Part shown: positions 59,543 to 64,000 of the stretch, piece after piece
Position numbering within the stretch: the first letter of the stretch is position 1
How the letters are laid out: each line of letters starts with the position of its first letter
DNA from: the human T2T-CHM13v2.0 reference genome, Homo sapiens
Assembly (NCBI RefSeq): GCF_009914755.1
Contig: NC_060948.1
Strand: one strand, 5' to 3'
DNA length: 64,000 nucleotides
The notes under the pieces: model-generated
What the model saw: the letters and a program-made list of their open reading frames with translations, nothing else
Database searches by the model: none
What the model was told of the DNA's origin: nothing
Made by a program: the position numbers and the translations under genes

Positions 59543-61647
59543 AGATCCATATTTTGTAAATGAAAAAAAATTTCAAAGGTACTCTGCTTGGTATAATAAT
59601 CAAATGTATAAACTGAGGAATAAAACATAACCATGAAACCTACTTATAACTGCATATGGAAAATACAGAGGATAATTTTTTAAATAACATATTTTGAAAG
59701 CCTTAACTAGTAATTTGAAGAGTTGGCATTTGAAAGGCCAGTATGAATATACCTTCAAATCAGCAACACAGGTTCCCCATGAGAAAAAGCAAACACAGGG
59801 AAAACAAAAACACAAATGTTCAATCTCTTCTGACCTTTGAAAGACACAGCACAGACAGTGGTCCTTAGGACGAAGAGCAGGAGACCCCTAATTCCGTCAC
59901 CATGGCGATAGGGCATAAACATTGCTGGGTGAGGGCACAATCCACATTGTGAGGTCCAACTGCTGCCAGGAAGACAGGAGTGCTTTTACATAGACCGAAA
60001 GGTCATTGAAGGCTCAGAGTTTTGTTTCAAGAACTGAATCCCAAGCCCACACGTTATTAGGCTGCGCTTCTTAAAACAAGTTATGAGATGGGAAAAAGGG
60101 CACCCACAAACATACGTATACATTATGTATATAATAATATACAGTATCATATATATAATATATATAACCTATGTATAATATTGTTTTACATCCTGCATCT
60201 TATGTTATATATATTGTATAAAATATAATAATTGATAATATATAAGTTTTATAATTATACAATAAGACATATAGTATATATTATAATTTGTGACATATAT
60301 AATATATGTTATATGTCATATATAGAATATATTATACGGTTAATATACGTATTAAATATAAATTATACATTATATATATTATATATATTATATCTGTTAT
60401 ATATAATACCCATTATGCATAATATATATATTATGTCTATGTTATATATAGTATAAAACAACATATAATAATATATAATTGTATATATAAAATGCGACAT
60501 ATAATATATATTATATTTTATAACATATGTAATATATATTATATATTATATATAATACGTTGTATGTATAATACCTATATTAAATATATATTATATGACT
60601 ATGTTATTAATTACATGTCACATGTGTTATATATTATATATTTTACATAGAATATACCGGTTACATACAATATATACTATGTTACCTATAATGTATAATT
60701 TATTACATGTAAAATAAAGAATGCAATATATTATGTAAAATTTATAATATACCATATGTGGAATGTGATATATATAACATATAATATATGATATATGATG
60801 TACAGTATATGATATATAACATACAATATATGATTCCTAATATATATGGTATACAATATATATTTTATGTTATGTATTCTATATGTTTTATATTCTGTTA
60901 TATATAACTATTTGAAATTATATATAACTGTATAATATTTTATGTAAATATGTAATATAATATATATAACTACATAATATATTATATATAACTATATATT
61001 ATGTTATATATACTTTTATAACATAATTTACATAAAATATCATAATATAATATATATTATATTATTTCATATTACATAATATATATTACATATCACCCAA
61101 TATAACTAACATACATAATATTATAAGATAGATTATATTGTGTTATATTAAATATCATATATATCATGTATCATATATTCTATAATATATATTACACATT
61201 ATGTAATATGTATGTTGTCTATTATGTGATATATATAACTATATATATAATTATATTTTTATACATATAACTAGATAAACATGTAATTCTACATATTTTC
61301 ATTTATAATATGTAGAATTATATAATCATATATAATTATTTATATTCTATAAAAAATTTTATCATTATATAAATTATAATATATAAAAATTATAATATGT
61401 ACTACAAATATATATATTATATATCATATATGATATAGTACCTTTGTTATATATCATAATATATATAAATGTGTATTATGTTATCTATAATTATATAATT
61501 TCATATATAAGATGTATAATATGTATCATATATTATATATGTTATGTAATATATATAGTATATATAAGATGACACAGGATAAATATTATATACTATGACA
61601 TATAAAATATATGAGGTTATATGTTACATATAAGGCATAGCACATAA

Positions 61648-61962
<315 letters not shown>

Positions 61963-62539
61963 AGATCCATATTTTGTAAATGAAAAAAAATTTCAAAGGT
62001 ACTCTGCTTGGTATAATAATCAAATGTATAAACTGAGGAATAAAACATAACCATGAAACCTACTTATAACTGCATATGGAAAATACAGAGGATAATTTTT
62101 TAAATAACATATTTTGAAAGCCTTAACTAGTAATTTGAAGAGTTGGCATTTGAAAGGCCAGTATGAATATACCTTCAAATCAGCAACACAGGTTCCCCAT
62201 GAGAAAAAGCAAACACAGGGAAAACAAAAACACAAATGTTCAATCTCTTCTGACCTTTGAAAGACACAGCACAGACAGTGGTCCTTAGGACGAAGAGCAG
62301 GAGACCCCTAATTCCGTCACCATGGCGATAGGGCATAAACATTGCTGGGTGAGGGCACAATCCACATTGTGAGGTCCAACTGCTGCCAGGAAGACAGGAG
62401 TGCTTTTACATAGACCGAAAGGTCATTGAAGGCTCAGAGTTTTGTTTCAAGAACTGAATCCCAAGCCCACACGTTATTAGGCTGCGCTTCTTAAAACAAG
62501 TTATGAGATGGGAAAAAGGGCACCCACAAACATACGTAT
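61963..62539. repeat. HSATI-type segment of unit 26
   Basis: Colinear with 1479-2055. Confidence 0.78.
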
Positions 62540-64000
62540 ACATTATGTATATAATAATATACAGTATCATATATATAATATATATAACCTATGTATAATA
62601 TTGTTTTACATCCTGCATCTTATGTTATATATATTGTATAAAATATAATAATTGATAATATATAAGTTTTATAATTATACAATAAGACATATAGTATATA
62701 TTATAATTTGTGACATATATAATATATGTTATATGTCATATATAGAATATATTATATGGTTAATATACGTATTAAATATAAATTATACATTATATATATT
62801 ATATATATTATATCTGTTATATATAATACCCATTATGCATAATATATATATTATGTCTATGTTATATATAGTATAAAACAACATATAATAATATATAATT
62901 GTATATATAAAATGCGACATATAATATATATTATATTTTATAACATATGTAATATATATTATATATTATATATAATACGTTGTATGTATAATACCTATAT
63001 TAAATATATATTATATGACTATGTTATTAATTACATGTCACATGTGTTATATATTATATATTTTACATAGAATATACCGGTTACATACAATATATACTAT
63101 GTTACCTATAATGTATAATTTTTTACATGTAAAATAAAGAATGCAATATATTATGTATAATTTATAATATACCATATGTGGAATGTGATATATATAACAT
63201 ATAATATATGATATATGATATACAGTATATGATATATAACATACAATATATGATTCCTAATATATATGGTATACAATATATATTTTATGATATGTATTCT
63301 ATATGTTTTATATTCTGTTATATATAACTATTTGAAATTATATATAACTGTATAATATTTTATGTAAATATGTAATATAATATATATAACTATATAATAT
63401 ATTATATATAACTATATATTATGTTATATATACTTTTATAACATAATTTACATAAAATATCATAATATAATATATATTATATTATTTCATATTACATAAT
63501 ATATATTACATATCACCCAATATAAGTAACATACATAATATTATAATATAGATTATATTGTGTTATATTAAATATCATATATATCATGTATCATATATTC
63601 TATAATATATATTACACATTATATAATATGTATGTTGTCTATTATGTGATATACATAACTATATATATAATTATATTTTTATACATATAACTAGATAAAC
63701 ATGTAATTCTACATATTTTCATTTATAATATGTAGAATTATATAATCATATATAATTATTTATATTCTATAAAAAATTTTATCATTATATAAATTATAAT
63801 ATATAAAAATTATAATATGTACTACAAATATATATATTATATATCATATATGATATAGTACCTTTGTTATATATCATAATACATATAAATGTGTATTATG
63901 TTATCTATAATTATATAATTTCATATAAAAGATGTATAATATGTATCATATATTATATATGTTATGTAATATATATAGTATATATAAGATGACACAGGAT
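62540..64000. repeat. AT-rich block (partial, window end)
   Basis: Colinear with 2056 to ~3516; ends at gatgacacaggat, ~90 bp before the next expected Alu. Confidence 0.9.

Overview
The whole 64-kb window is one uninterrupted head-to-tail array of a ~2,420-bp composite satellite (about 26.4 units, all in the same orientation). Each unit has three parts: a ~1.55-kb extremely AT-rich low-complexity block, a ~292-bp minus-strand, CpG-depleted Alu with a clipped 5' end and an internal 16-bp duplication, and a ~570-bp mixed-composition HSATI-type segment. This architecture, the unit length and a predicted 2,146-bp HaeIII fragment match the human DYZ2/HSat1B repeat, most likely from Yq12 heterochromatin. 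I see no credible protein-coding gene, RNA gene or CRISPR array, and I cannot support a new biological system here; the recurring ORFs are artefacts of the repeat. The informative signal is in the variants between units: 1-unit and 2-unit tandem duplications, blocks shared at 3-, 4- and 5-unit offsets, one apparent conversion tract with a left breakpoint resolved to ~5 bp, a divergent unit near 54.8-56.6 kb, and a recurrently mutated (TA)n site. All variant calls were made by eye and need alignment to confirm.
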